This document shows, piece by piece, positions 28,321 through 40,300 of a stretch of 64,000 nucleotides of DNA. A program made the translations under genes and the position numbers. Source of the DNA: Raillietiella orientalis (lineage: Eukaryota); contig JAYWIR010000061.1 of NCBI GenBank assembly GCA_036172245.1, positions 372,001 to 436,000 on the forward strand, written 5' to 3'. The notes beneath the pieces are model-generated. The model worked only from the letters and a program-made list of their open reading frames with translations. It did not search any database and was not told the origin of the DNA. The stretch's first letter is position 1, and each line of letters begins with the position of its first letter.

Positions 28321-30399
28321 CCTGATTTGACATCCTGTGAAAAGGTATAGTCCGAAGTTCTAAACAATCAACATCGCTAGCGATATCAGCCAATTGGTTA
28401 ACGAGGTTACTGTTTTCTGAATAGTCAGATGGTTTCTGCATCAGTGTGATGAGGCAGATGAAAACTGGATTATTCTGCTTCTGAAGGAGTGATGATGGAC
28501 ACCTGGCTTGCATTCAGTACATTTTGCAACCGATTTGGCATTCCTGGTGGTGCCTCTTGGAGCTTTGAGAATGTTGGGGTGGATTCAGCAACCATACTAC
28601 TTGAAGGGTGTGCTCTTCCAGCTTTCCTCGGTGTCCAACAGTCATCTTTATTGCTGCAATTGCCATTGCCCTGTATGCTTCCTTGTTTCGCTTCGTGGTT
28701 TCCGCTCAAAAACTTTTCTTGATCCCGCCATACATGCAACACATAGCAAATGAATAGGATATAGAGAACTGAATGCAAAACACAGTAACATTCCTTCCGT
28801 CCTTCCTTTTAAAATACCGAGACTTGCAGCTCTTCAATTTTCTAGCACCATATGATTAGCGATCCCATTGATCTGCTAAGAATAATGAACTCAAAGGTAA
28901 AACGCAGATATCTGCCAAAATAATAATATCCAGGATTTTTTCGTTGAATGCTAAAAGCAGTAATGGTATTTCATAGGATATTCTTGATTTTCCAGTGGCA
29001 AAAGCACTGGGTCAATGGAAAAGCATCGCTAGCCGCGGCCAATGCTATTTAAACGCATCTGGCAACAATGAGGTGCGTCCTGCTAGCCTGAGCAAGAAGC
29101 GCAAGGCCAAAATGGTGCGTCTCCTCAGCTGGAGTTGGCTCAAGTGTACTTCGATGGAGCATCGGACAAGTGAAAAGTGCCTTTCGTGTTTGAGTTTCAG
29201 GTTTGCTTAGGTGATCATCGTGTTCGGGAGTGACGTGCTCCTGGAGAGAGCCGTTATAACGATCGCTATGACAGCCACTTTGACAAAGGTTTGCATGTTC
29301 TGCGCGCTCCCTGTGGGGAGGATACGCAGGAAATACCAAGGAGCAGAAATATCAAAGAGGGGGAGATAAATGAGGCAGTTAGATCGTACCGAAACCAGCG
29401 GTCGTATCTTTTAATCAAGTCATTCCTGTGCCTTATGAAAAACCCCTTGTTTCTAGGAAGATGAAGATTCGAAACTAAAGGGAAATGCTGAAGATGGATT
29501 TCGAGAAACTTTCAGGAGAACCTCCATGAGCTCTTCTTTATTGGACCTTTTTACTCATCATGCAATGAATATTTGTAAAAATGAAACTGTAAATGCAAGA
29601 TTGGAACTCCATTGAGAATGCTTCTGTGCCAAATTTGAGACATTTCATCTTTTTTTTTTCGCATCAGCGCAAAGTGGAAAGATCGCTTTCAGGTGATCTA
29701 TCTCCCGAATCTTTTTCATGGGGAGCATTCTTGATGTCTCCATGGATGCTGCGCAGCATCTTTTGCTGATTAACCCATCTGAATTCACGTTCTGGTTCAA
29801 GCATCTCAGTTCTCTTGAGATGTTCCTTGAAATACGTCATTAACCTCATGTATGTCAAGGAAACTGATGTCTTTCAATCTCCTTGCACGGGGGGATCACT
29901 CCGTGAAAGGCTGCGCACAAAAAAAAGTCATCAAGGAAAGAACTGATAGATGGAGATCAGCTGATTCATTTTACCCTTGCATGTAGAATATTTCAAGTGA
30001 AGTATACCAATGGACACGGACAAACTCTTTTTCCTCAATTCTAATTTTAGTATCCTCAGCAAACGAGCCCGTGAGCGCGTAAGAGGGCCTTTGAGACACA
30101 CAAGACGTCGTTAATGCCTACGCACCACGACTTGGTCCTACACGCGAGTTTTCTATTTGCGGCAAGGTACAAAGTTATCTCGCGGAAAGGGAGCCTCTGG
30201 TGCACTTCCCAGACTGCGAGCAGAGAACAGTAGAGGGTCGAGCGTGCAAGGTGGCCGTCGACAGAACTGGCACATGCCACATGGTACTGTCGTTCTTTCC
30301 TACTGATTCTGAATCTTGCTGGGATGTCCTCATTCCGGTACAGAATGCAGGGAAAATCTCATCTCCAGAGATGTTCCCGATGTTCCCTTAATAGTTCGT

Positions 30400-31050
30400 T
30401 CCTTGATATTACCAGAAAATCAAGAATGAGCTGAGGGATTGAGTTGCATGGTTAACGTAACCTTGCATGGGTGGCTGGAGAACTACCGAATTCACTTTTC
30501 CAGTAGACTTGTGCTTCCGAAGTGTGTGCATCTGGAAGAAGACACAACCCTTCATTTGCAGTTGAACCACTCAGGAGTGGTTAGCATTGGCTTTTGGTTT
30601 GCAAATGAGTCTTTGAAACTGTCATGCCCGTCAGGGAAAGTCTAAGTAGGAAAGGAGGATTGTGTGGACTAATGATAAGGGAAGGAAAGGGAAGGAGGTT
30701 GAGATTCGTTTAACAAAGTAGGGAGTGTTAGGTCGACAGGCGCGAATGTTACTGATATAGGCAGGATGCCTTTTTTGTAGAAGTAGGAAACTGCTATTGA
30801 TTAGAGTGATGTATTTCGCTAGCTTTTAGGGTGATGCTTGGGTGGGTCGCGTAGCTGAAGGGAAAGTATCGTTTTGTTTAGGAAGGAGATGTAGTGTGAT
30901 TCCAAGACAAGTTTCTCTTGAACATGTGTAACTGGGGAGCGTCAGCCGAAAGGATGAATAATCCGAACACGGGCTGCTGGGCCTGGAAGATCTCACAGAA
31001 AGAAAAATGGAGCGTTGAAATTCATGAAAATCTTCCTCTCAGGGACGTGG
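30400..31050 (-). mobile_element. Decayed LINE ORF2 endonuclease-region fragment
   Basis: Minus-strand remnants NFNAP (GDFNAH-like, ~31010-31025), PVDLTL (~30725-30740) and PEWFNCK (PWWN-like, ~30555-30575) in the expected order. Confidence 0.35.
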
Positions 31051-34000
31051 TGATATGGTTCTTTGTTTGGAAGAAGGCTGAAAGACAAACCCCTCATGAC
31101 AGTCCTGGCTCAGAGTACTATTAGCATCAGGAAAAAAATACTTTGTAGGGGGATCCATCCCGAACAAATTCGAAGCAGGAGATGGTTTCCATTAAAAGAG
31201 TAAGGGAAGATCAAATAGCTTATCGAGTGAATGTGCTTGAAAATGGAGAAATGGAAAGCAATCGACCTAGCAAAGAAGTCCTCTATCGGCGATTATTTTG
31301 GCACTAATCCAAGGGTAGGTGATGAGCCCTCCTTGGTGCTTGGGAGATATGGCTTATTGAGGATGGCTCGAGCTGTTGGCTGCGGGAGAGTAAGGTACCC
31401 AGGTATAAAATTTTTCAAATACATACGACACCAGTATAATGTACTAGGAAAAATAACGACAGCTCTCGTATAACGCGGTCAATCATCTCCGCACGAAACT
31501 GCAAACAAATCTCAGCCCCGTGGTGGTTGTAGCATCAGTTGAGCCGTGCTTTAAGAAGCCTGAATTCTGTTCCATTGAAATTTCCGCAAATAAAATAGTT
31601 CAAGAAGATACATCTCTCAAACATGGAAAACGATAGAGCCGAAACTATTGTAGAACTATTGAATCGGTTAAATATAGACGAGAGACGATAGAAGCTTTTT
31701 TTCTCCACTTCAAGCTGGGCGAACTAAACAGACAAGTCCAGTTTGTTCCCTTTTTGCTTTACAGTGGAATGACAAACATTCTACTGTTAACACATTTTAC
31801 ATCTTCTATAAATGCTACGAGATTATTATCCATGTACAGCCCCTAGAGCTCGTATAAAGCGGAACGTATACGTTGGGTTGCACGGGGTCTTCTCTGTAAG
31901 ACATGCTGGCTGCTTCTTGTCCACACCTTTTGGCATTATGAGATATTCAAGTATGTGACAGGAAAGTGAGAATAACGAAGTAAGTCGCCTTACCAAAGAT
32001 AAATTGTTGAAGCTGCGAATGAAAGTGTGTGACTCGAGAGGTCAGATCCAGTGGAAAGAACAAATACGAAACTCCTTAAATAAAGGTGCGTTGCCTTCCC
32101 TTAACCAACAGAAGATGAGAACTGTCTAGCAATGGTGCAAGCAGTGGATCATCGTTAAGAGTGGAAGAGAGTACGAAGAGGAGTGGGGCTATCAGCTCCA
32201 ATTCGTGCATCATAGTCTGTGGTCGACGCATTTGGCACGAAGATATGAAACGAGAGCTGGTCCAAAATAATCGAAAGTGGCTACTTTGGACGCAAATCAT
32301 TTTGTTATATTTGTTGTGAGCGATTTTGTAGCTCCATTTCCGGGGATTTGTAGAGTGTGCCATCCGCTGAGAGAGATTTATTTTTCTGCTAGTGTTTCCG
32401 TTGACGTTGGTCTTGCTGACGCTAGGAATGCGGTCGAGCGCGAGGGGAGTTCAGGATTACGATTAACTGCTTTTTGCATAGGCGACAGGCAACCTAGGCT
32501 GCACTGAGAAGATAATTCCGGTAATCCTATTTTCCCCGTCCCACTGGTGATTTCCCATCTTTTGCAGAGAAGAATCGGTCGACTGATCTGGCAGCGACCC
32601 AATACGATCGTGGCTTCCGTTTTGTGGTGTTTTTGAGCCGTGGAAGAATATCAAACAGCCACGAGACCTGAAACTTGGTCACGGGTGGCCGTGCAAGAAA
32701 CTGCTGTTGCTGTTGGCTTGCTTTGTTTCCCAGCCAACGTCCTCGCCCGAAACACACAGTGAAAGCAGCCGCAATCCGTCCGCCTGGAAACTGGGACTGT
32801 GGCGTGACCTCCGTGACTTCTTATGAGATTCGAGCTCCACATCTCTCATGAGGACTCGCTGAAAGCTCCTGTCTTCCTGAAGCAGTCGGGAAATCTCGAG
32901 AGACTGCGTTTTGAAGCCGCGGGATTTATGACCGAGGCAGAAGAAGGGGGAGGGCCTCGATCACTTGTGCAGAAAGAGGTAGGAGATTTTTTGCTGCTCC
33001 TGGCAGAGATCTGGGGACGAGGGAAAGAGAGAGAGAGAGAAAGGGTGGGAGAGCGAAGATGAAAAGGCATCATAGTTCATACCGGTTGAAAGGGTCAAGG
33101 AGATATTGCAAAACAAGAGCTGCGGTTGTGGCTGGTTCCTACTGTGCTTGCGGTTTCTCATGGAAAAAGAAAAATCGCCTTCTTCAGGAACGATAAAATC
33201 CTTCCACCTTCTCTGAGTAGGACACCAGTCTCCATCAGCGGTGGGACGGCGAAGTCACTGTCTGCCAAGATGCACACGAAGAAACCACTTTTGGAGAAAC
33301 CGCTCCTGTAGCCTTTTCCAGATGCATGTCAGTTGCTCTTCGCGAGTCCAAGCGAGTCACGCCTGTGGAACCCGCTCAGGGAGAAGATGGGAAAGGAAGG
33401 AAGGGAAAAACGTTCCTCAAGCAAGGTGACGGGTTTCTGTCGAGACCTACTTGGACCCCAGGAGGAACGAGGAGCAAAAAAAAACACAAATGAAAGGGAA
33501 CGTGCCTCACTTTTATTTCGGCACGCGCAAGTCCACGAGCCTCGGCACAAAACACCTTCAGGAACTGACAGAGAGGTTACTACCGCCCGTTGCAGGTTAT
33601 GAAGGCGTGCTTTGGGAGGACCTTTGGTAATTAGCTGTCGTTCCATGTGGGCTGGCAAGCCGTGAGGAGGAAGATGGGAACGAAGAGGAAGGATGTGGAA
33701 GCAAGTTGTAGGCACCTCAGGCTCTCGAGCCATTCGCTCCATCTGTCGGTCCAGGAATTTTCCATGGAGGCCACTGCCCAAGGGTGCACCAAGGAAGGAG
33801 CTCCACCGTTCGCCCGCCCTGTTTCGCTCCACCGTTCGCCCGCCCGGGAGCTCCTTCAGAGGTTCCTAGGAAGGCGATCCCCACAACCGGACCCATCTGG
33901 ACCGCTCGCTCCTCCTCCGGAGAGTAGCTCATCCGAGGTCCTGTCCCGCGAAACCGAAGACGCGACCCCTCTTCCCTCTCCCTTCGTCCCTTTTTTCCCT

Positions 34001-34357
34001 GGAAATCGGAAGCGGGACGAGGAAAAGGTCTCCTCGCCCTTCGAAGGGAAGCGTCGCCTCTTGGGGGCAGCGCTTCCCTTCCAAGGTCGACGGGACCTGA
34101 GGCGCGGGGTCGGAGGAAGGGTCTCCCCTTCTGTCCCGCTTTCCCACCGGGGTTGCTCACTGCCGGGCTGCCACCGAGGAGGGGGTAGTCTGCATTCCGC
34201 CTCGACTCTCCGCCACCTGCCCGGAGGATTCCCTCAGGGGATCAGGGTGGGGAGCAGGCGTGCGCGACCCCCCGTCCCTCTCTCCTCTCCCTCGTTCCAA
34301 GGCCGACTGCCACATCCGGAATGAGCAGGCGGCGGTCGTGGGAGTAACAAGAATAAC

Positions 34358-34363
34358 TTTATT
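34358..34363 (-). promoter_or_regulatory. Candidate polyadenylation signal AATAAA for Shaker
   Basis: tttatt on the plus strand, ~230 nt downstream of the TGA at 34591-34593, in otherwise GC-rich sequence. Confidence 0.5.
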
Positions 34364-34590
34364 GTTGGCTCGGGTGACCTTGGACCGAGCGCCAGGCGGG
34401 GGCCACGGGACGAGAAGCCTCCGGACCTGGAAAGGACAGAGGAGAGGTCACCGCACCCGTTCCCTCTGGGAGAGGGGGGCTATCGGGAGGGAGGGAGGGA
34501 GAGAGATAGAGATAGAGACAGGGAGATGGATGCCCTGGCTGCTCCCCCGGGACTCACCTCGGAAGACGAGAATCTCTCGACGGGGGACGT

Positions 34591-34742
34591 TCAGACGACC
34601 GTCTCCAGGGAAACGGGGTTGCCTTCTTTCTTCTCAACGCAGTTCTCCCTGGGGTTCTGCCGCTCTCGCAGGTCGTCGATCCCTTCCAGCACTTTGGAGT
34701 CCGGGCAACAGCCGCTCTTGAGGATGTCCTTCCACTTGTCGT
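34591..34742 (-). CDS. Sh: Shaker Kv1 channel, predicted terminal coding exon ((D)DKWKDILKSG...NPVSLETVV*)
   Basis: Acceptor tttgccttcttcccgcggaag|AC is in phase 1, matching the upstream donor. Ends SLETVV-TGA, like the Shaker C-terminal SIETDV PDZ ligand. The acceptor position is less certain than the stop. Confidence 0.65.
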
Positions 34743-34828
34743 CTTCCGCGGGAAGAAGGCAAACGTCACTTAGCAATCCTCCCCTTTGCTTTCTGGCGTC
34801 CAGCTCGCGGCGCCCCCACACAACCATC

Positions 34829-34880
34829 TCCCCCTCCCCTCCCCTCCCCCTCCCCTCTCCCTCTCCTACTCCTCCCTCTC
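34829..34880. repeat. C/T-rich low-complexity tract (G-runs on the Shaker sense strand)
   Basis: Repeated tcccc/tccccc units. Similar purine/pyrimidine tracts occur at ~41555-41625, ~49275-49395 and ~51045-51145. Confidence 0.8.
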
Positions 34881-35753
34881 TTTCTTTTGTTTGTTTTCCC
34901 CTCCTGCAATTCCCGAGAGACCAGGAGGAGGTGACCTCAGGAAGAAGGACCGGAGCTCCTCCCAGAAGGGGCAGAAGACGAGGGAGGAAGGAGAAGGGGA
35001 GGCAGGGAGCAGGTGGGAGAAAGTGGCATCTCCTTCCTGAGCAGGGGGCTCGTTCCCTCCTCCCTCCTCCTCCGGGACCCGCTGCTTCTGCAGCCGACTC
35101 GCGCGCGCGGGAGGGGACTCCGCGCGGCGCGTGTCCGGAAGGAGGAGGAGGAGGAAGACGGGAGCGGAGGATCCCCTCCATGAGAGCAAAGGAGGGTTGG
35201 GAACCCGTTAGGGTCCTGGGAACCGTGGAGGTCGCTGCCTTCTCCTCGTTCCCCTCTTCCAGTCGCCAGACCGGCTTCCCATCATCCGGTCTCGGGTTTG
35301 ACCCCGGGAGGATCCCTTCGGGAGGGGAGGGAACTGTCAATTTGCTAAGGGGGAGGGCAGCGGGGCCCTGCGACCGCTGCGAGATCCCGGGGGTGTCAGC
35401 GAGGAGAGGCTCCCCTTCCCGGGTTCCAGGGACTCTCCGAAGTAGGAAAGAACGGGAAGGAGGGAGATGGGAAGGGGGAAGAAGGCAAGGAAAAGTGGTC
35501 TGCTCGGCCGGTCAGGGCACCCAAAGCGGCGGCCGGTGGCACCCAATGGAGAGCGCTCGTGGAGCCACCGGGAAGGGCTCTGGACCTGCCAGTGGGGTGG
35601 CCCGTTGAGCGCTCTCCTGTCCTTCCTAAAGAGGGATAGGGGAGAAGGGAAGTCCTGTCCCTCCCTTCTCTCCCATGTGGGGGCCCGAGTGGGCCCGGGT
35701 TCCGCACTGACTCCACCGCGTAGGCCGGCGTGCGAGGGTCAGATCCCACTCAC

Positions 35754-35944
35754 CAATGCTCGCCGGCAGGAAGGGGCAGCTGCCCACGTGCCTGAAGTTC
35801 TGCGACTGCATCTCTTCCTGGTCGATCTCCCGGTGGTAGAAGTAGTTGAAGTTGGAGACGATGACGGGCACCGGCAGGGCAATGGTCAGCACTCCAGCGA
35901 TGGCGCAAAGAGACCCCACTATTTTGCCCCACACTCCCACGGGC
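35754..35944 (-). CDS. Sh: Shaker Kv1 exon: post-filter loop, S6 and proximal C-terminus
   Basis: ctctgtag|G CCC GTG... encodes [63 protein letters not shown], then G|gtgagt. 191 bp, phases 2/1. Confidence 0.97.
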
Positions 35945-38499
35945 CTACAGAGAACAAGGGTTTCTCAGGAGGGGCGTGGCACTGGGGCAGGGGTGAGGAA
36001 TGGATCCCTCCTTTCCTGCCCGTGGAGCGTCCAGGAGCGATGCGGAGCGTCTCTGTGGCGCTCTCGCAGTCCTTTTGGAGTCAGGCGGTCTCTCCCCTGA
36101 CCCGCCACGGGACTGTTCTGGGGAGGCGTCTGCCCTCTCAGTCGATGCTCGAACTGCCCCAGGAAGCTCCGCTGCCAAGTCGAACCCTCCCCACCCGAAT
36201 GCCGCAGTCGAGGGAAGAGTTCGGGAAGAGGCGGGAAATTCAAGAGAGCAGAAGGAAAAGGATGACGCGGTCTTCCTTCTGACCCCCCGAGAGGGTCTTT
36301 CCTGGGGAAACGTGGTCCTTCACTCTGTTATTGCTCGAGGGGTCCTTTTTCCTGACTACCTGCCATCCCGCTCGTGCGCCACTGTCGTCCTTCGTGAGTA
36401 GGGGAAACAGGGAAGAAGAGGAAAAAGGAGTGTTCTCCCGTCCCCGGGACCTCCCGCTCTTCGCTCTTACTTCTGAGCGAGAAGGGATCCGGGAGCGGGT
36501 CCTCGTCTACTACCCACGCGCCTCGACCGGTTAGAACGCTTCGAATGACGACAGCGTCGCCGGTGGCCGAGGTGCGGAAGCTCCCTGCCCCCACTCTCGT
36601 TCGCTCTTTCCGTGCCGGCTTTCACCTGCTTCTGACCCTCCGACAGGACACGCCCTACAACCACCGCAGCCCGTCTTCGAGCTTTCGGACCTTCGCAGCG
36701 ATGGACGGGGCCGGAAGGCAGACCCTGCTGCAGGGACGCGGGCGTCTTCTATCGGAAATGGCGGCAAGCCGTCCTCTGCCTCGAGAGGAGGGCATCACAT
36801 GGTCCCGGACCAACCAAAGCAAGCGGACGTGCCTTCCTTCTGGCTGAGATCTCCGGAAATATCTCCTTTGAGCCCCAGTTCCATCGGCGATTACCGAGTG
36901 GTCAGGAACCCCCTCGCCCCCCTACCCCCCTTACGTGCAGGGGACTAGAACCTCCAAGATCACCTGGCGCAAGGAAGCGCGCGTGAGGGGAGGCGCACCT
37001 CGCAGGGCACGCCTCCATCCTCCCCATGTCTGGACCTCACGAGACGTTCCGCGTGAGAGAGGATGCCGAGGAGCGTGTGGCTCGGGGCTCCCGGAGATTC
37101 GTCTCTGGGGCTGGTAGGCTGTCAATGGACGACGCGCTTTTGCCGCAGTAGCAGCAGAAGTTGCCGACCTTCCCGACGGGGGCCGCGCCGGTCAAAACGC
37201 CGGAAGTCCCGGATCCAAGTCCTCGCGCACCCGCCTCTTCCTGACCATCCCGAAGACGGGGGGAGAGAGCGGAAGTGAATCCCTAGAGTGGTAGTCCCCG
37301 ATTTGCCCGGTCCTCGGGAAGGTCCGTCGGGAAAGGAGAAAGCTGTTCCTTGGTCTGCGCTACAGGGCGGGACAGCCGCCTTCCCTCGGCGAAATTGCCG
37401 CTCTTGCCCGGAGGAGGGAAATCTCACGTTGCCGGACTTTGCGAACCGCCGCGCTCAGGGAAGCAGCAGGAGGACTTCTGAAGCCAACACCTGGCGCGCG
37501 CTCCAGGCTTTGCCTCCTCCGCACCTTTCACCGCGACCGCCTCCCGGAAGTGCTCCAGGAGACGGAAAGGCCGCCTCAGGTTTTCCTTCTTCCAGCTGCC
37601 CTCAGAGCCGACCTCCGGCCGCCTCTGGCCGGTGCTCAGGGCAGGGGGGGCTCCTTGCTGCTTTCTACGCCACCTTTTCCCCAGACCTGCGAGGCGCCTC
37701 GGGTGGCGCGGGCATCCCAACGGCACTTTTCCTGCTTTTTCTGCTCAAGAGGGAGGGACTCCCTCAGCTGTTTGTTGGACCTGTTTCTCCCCAGCATGCG
37801 GAAGCGCAGCAGCGGACAGCGCGCCGCGACCGCGTGCCCCTTCCCTCCTCTCCTGCCTTCCTGAAGGCTGGAGGGCGACCCAAGACCTTCCTCCAATCTT
37901 CCCGTTCGGAGGAGCTGCTGCTGTCCTTCTTTCACGATTCATCCGGTTTCCGGGGGTCGTCTTCACTTCCCCTTTCTCTCCCGACACAGCCGGCAAGTTC
38001 TCTCCACGGGCTGCTGCTCCCTGCTCCCGTACGCCGCGTCCCTGTTCTCATAAATGCAGAACCCCGGCTGGCGTTCCTGGCCCACTCGGTCGGGAAGCTC
38101 CTTGCACCCCACCATAAAATCACCTCGGTCGCAGCTCCTTAGCAGGGTGGTTGTAGGAGGGACGCCCAGGAAAGGAAAGGGGAGGGAAAGGGCTGAGCTT
38201 CACTCCGAATCCTGGTGTGAGGACACCATAAAATCTTTTTCCGCCCCCCGTCGCGTGTTCTTCGTCGGGCATCACACAGCTTCCTCAGCACGTGAAGGTT
38301 CGCGCTACTGCGGAGATCAAGCAGCGGATGCTGGCCATCCCGTGAGCTCCGTTGCTGATGTCAGCGCCCCCGAACACTCTGAACGCGACAGACGAGGGGG
38401 CCCCGCCCAGTACTCCAGGTGGGCTTCGAAAAGAGCGGAGATGCATTAGAGGGGAGGGGAGGTGCGGGTCCGAGGTCAGGAGGGAGGTAATAACTCCCT

Positions 38500-39400
38500 T
38501 CCCCCGGGAACGACGCGACCAACGGATGGAGCGAAAATCTCCAGGGAAGCGCTGCTGAGCCTTGCCGATCTCTGATCCGTTCCCATCCCAGCCTGCTTTT
38601 TCCCTCTGAGCGTGTGCTGCTGACCTCGCACCCCATTACAGCCCGGCCTCGTGTTCCCAAAGAATTCTCCCCGCCGTTCGGGTATCGGATGCTCCTCCTC
38701 AGAGAAGACACCTCCTTTTCGTTTCACCATCCCCGCAGCCGTCCGTCCTTATCCGTTCCGTCGCTCCTGGGCGCGGGCGAAACTCCCGGGCTTTCGCCGC
38801 TCGCTCGCTCTGCGCCAACCTCTGCTTGAGATATCCCCAGTGTAGTTCTGCTGACCCCGTGGCTCCTCGCTTGCAGCCTAACGGCTGACGGTTTCCACGG
38901 ACGGAAAACCAGGAGGCACCTTCCAGTTTTGCTTCAGACTGTTTGCATTCCCCCATCCCCCGGACGGATTCCGTCTCTCTCGGCACAGGGAAATTTCTTG
39001 GTGATCTTTTCCGGTATGGCTTGTCCATTTATGGGGCTAACTCGAGAGCCTACTTTACTGCTCTTGTTCAGCTAACCTTTCTGCACCACACCTCCAGGAT
39101 CTCGCTCCAGCACCTGCTACTGCAACCATAAAACCCTCACTGACGGGGGCTATAGACGAGCCCGCGCCCAGACCCTTTTGCAGCCCTCCGACGCGACCCT
39201 CCTCAACACCTGGTGGAACCTGCCGTCCTCCGACGTTGCAGCTCCGCAGGGACGGCATTGCGCCGGAGGGTGGGTACAGCATCGAGAAAGCTCCGTATCT
39301 AGGGCCATTTACCTTCGGCAAGTTCTTACTCACTCCTCGGAGACATCCGGCTTTCATAGCCACCCGTCCGATCCGTCCCCGGGGTCATTTTGCTCTCGAG
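38500..39400 (-). mobile_element. Decayed CR1/L2-like LINE reverse-transcriptase and C-terminal fragment
   Basis: Remnants FLDAVP (~39270-39290), RGATGS (GVPQGS position, ~38850-38870) and SRLGWERIRDR (~38565-38600). Confidence 0.3.
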
Positions 39401-39899
39401 AGCCGCAACACGACGAGTCCGCAGGCGCAGAAGATCGGGTGCTCCCTCGATTTTACCCGGGTGAGCGACCTCGGGTCAGCTGCCCGCGGGGGGTATCTGC
39501 TTGGTGACGCACATGATTCTGCTCTTCACTCGGCCCAAATGATTCCTTCGAACAGAAGGCTCTGATCCCTGCGCCCTACTTGTGAAGCCGCAGGCGTGCT
39601 GTCATCTTTTAGGAGTTTGTCGAAGGAAGAGCAAGTCTTCCATTCCTTGCTTGTCAGTGGGGAGCAGTTTTGAGCTCAAGCAACGCGGAGAAAAGTAATG
39701 TAGGTCTCTTATTAGTCCGCAACTCTCAAAGCAGCAAAACATGTTTTGAAAAAGGGTTGGGGAGGGAATCTGGAGGTCGGACTTTTTTTGGCACAACGCA
39801 CACAAGAATCTATCTCCAAAATGTACATATATATATGTATACACTTTTAGGTAATGGAGATGGAGGAACAAAAGGTTTCCCGTCAGTAGCATCCTCGCT

Positions 39900-40300
39900 G
39901 GCACCGGAACGAAGCCGGCTGCTTGGATCGTAGGAAACTTCCGGTTTCCCCGCTACCATCGGCGAAGAACCCCGGACAACTTTCGGACCGCATGGTCCAC
40001 TACTCTTTCCGAATCATTCCAAACGGGGTCGAGGCGGCGGAGGAGCGGAAGGAAATCCGCGACTTCGGAACTTACCGCCGCACCAGACGGGAGAGGAGGA
40101 AGAGCGATTTCGGCCACAGCCATTCGCCTGCGGAACACGTATGAAGAACAAATGGAAAAACCCTTCCGGATGCCACACAATCTTCCTCCTCCAGGAATCC
40201 TTTAAAAAATCTTTAAAGATCCCGGAGACAAACCGGGAATAGACTACTTTGCATCACAACGGACGTGGCTTAACGAATCCCCGGAAGAGAGGCCCCATCA
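39900..40300 (+). mobile_element. Possible Penelope-like GIY-YIG remnant
   Basis: ORF 39923..40144 ends RRERRKSDFGHSHSPAEHV, resembling the R..EH..D......SA.AEH segment of Penelope endonucleases. Weak. Confidence 0.25.

Noticed and set aside
28370..28800. Possible host-gene exon (ORF 28470..28778, minus)
   Set aside because: No recognisable domain, no convincing splice pair, and an in-frame stop.
32650..33700. BEL/Pao gag-like remnants (GCFHC; LITKGPPKARLHNL) on the minus strand
   Set aside because: Motifs too eroded; no LTR, PBS or pol found.
34950..35010. Alternative in-phase acceptor (…cttctgggag) giving a longer Shaker last exon
   Set aside because: GAG acceptors are rare and the added peptide would be low-complexity G/E/R sequence. 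It cannot be excluded without transcripts.
35562..35592. Resemblance to a cobalamin riboswitch core (GCCAC.GGGAAG...GACCTGCC)
   Set aside because: Eukaryotic intron, too short, lacks the rest of the fold; treated as coincidence.
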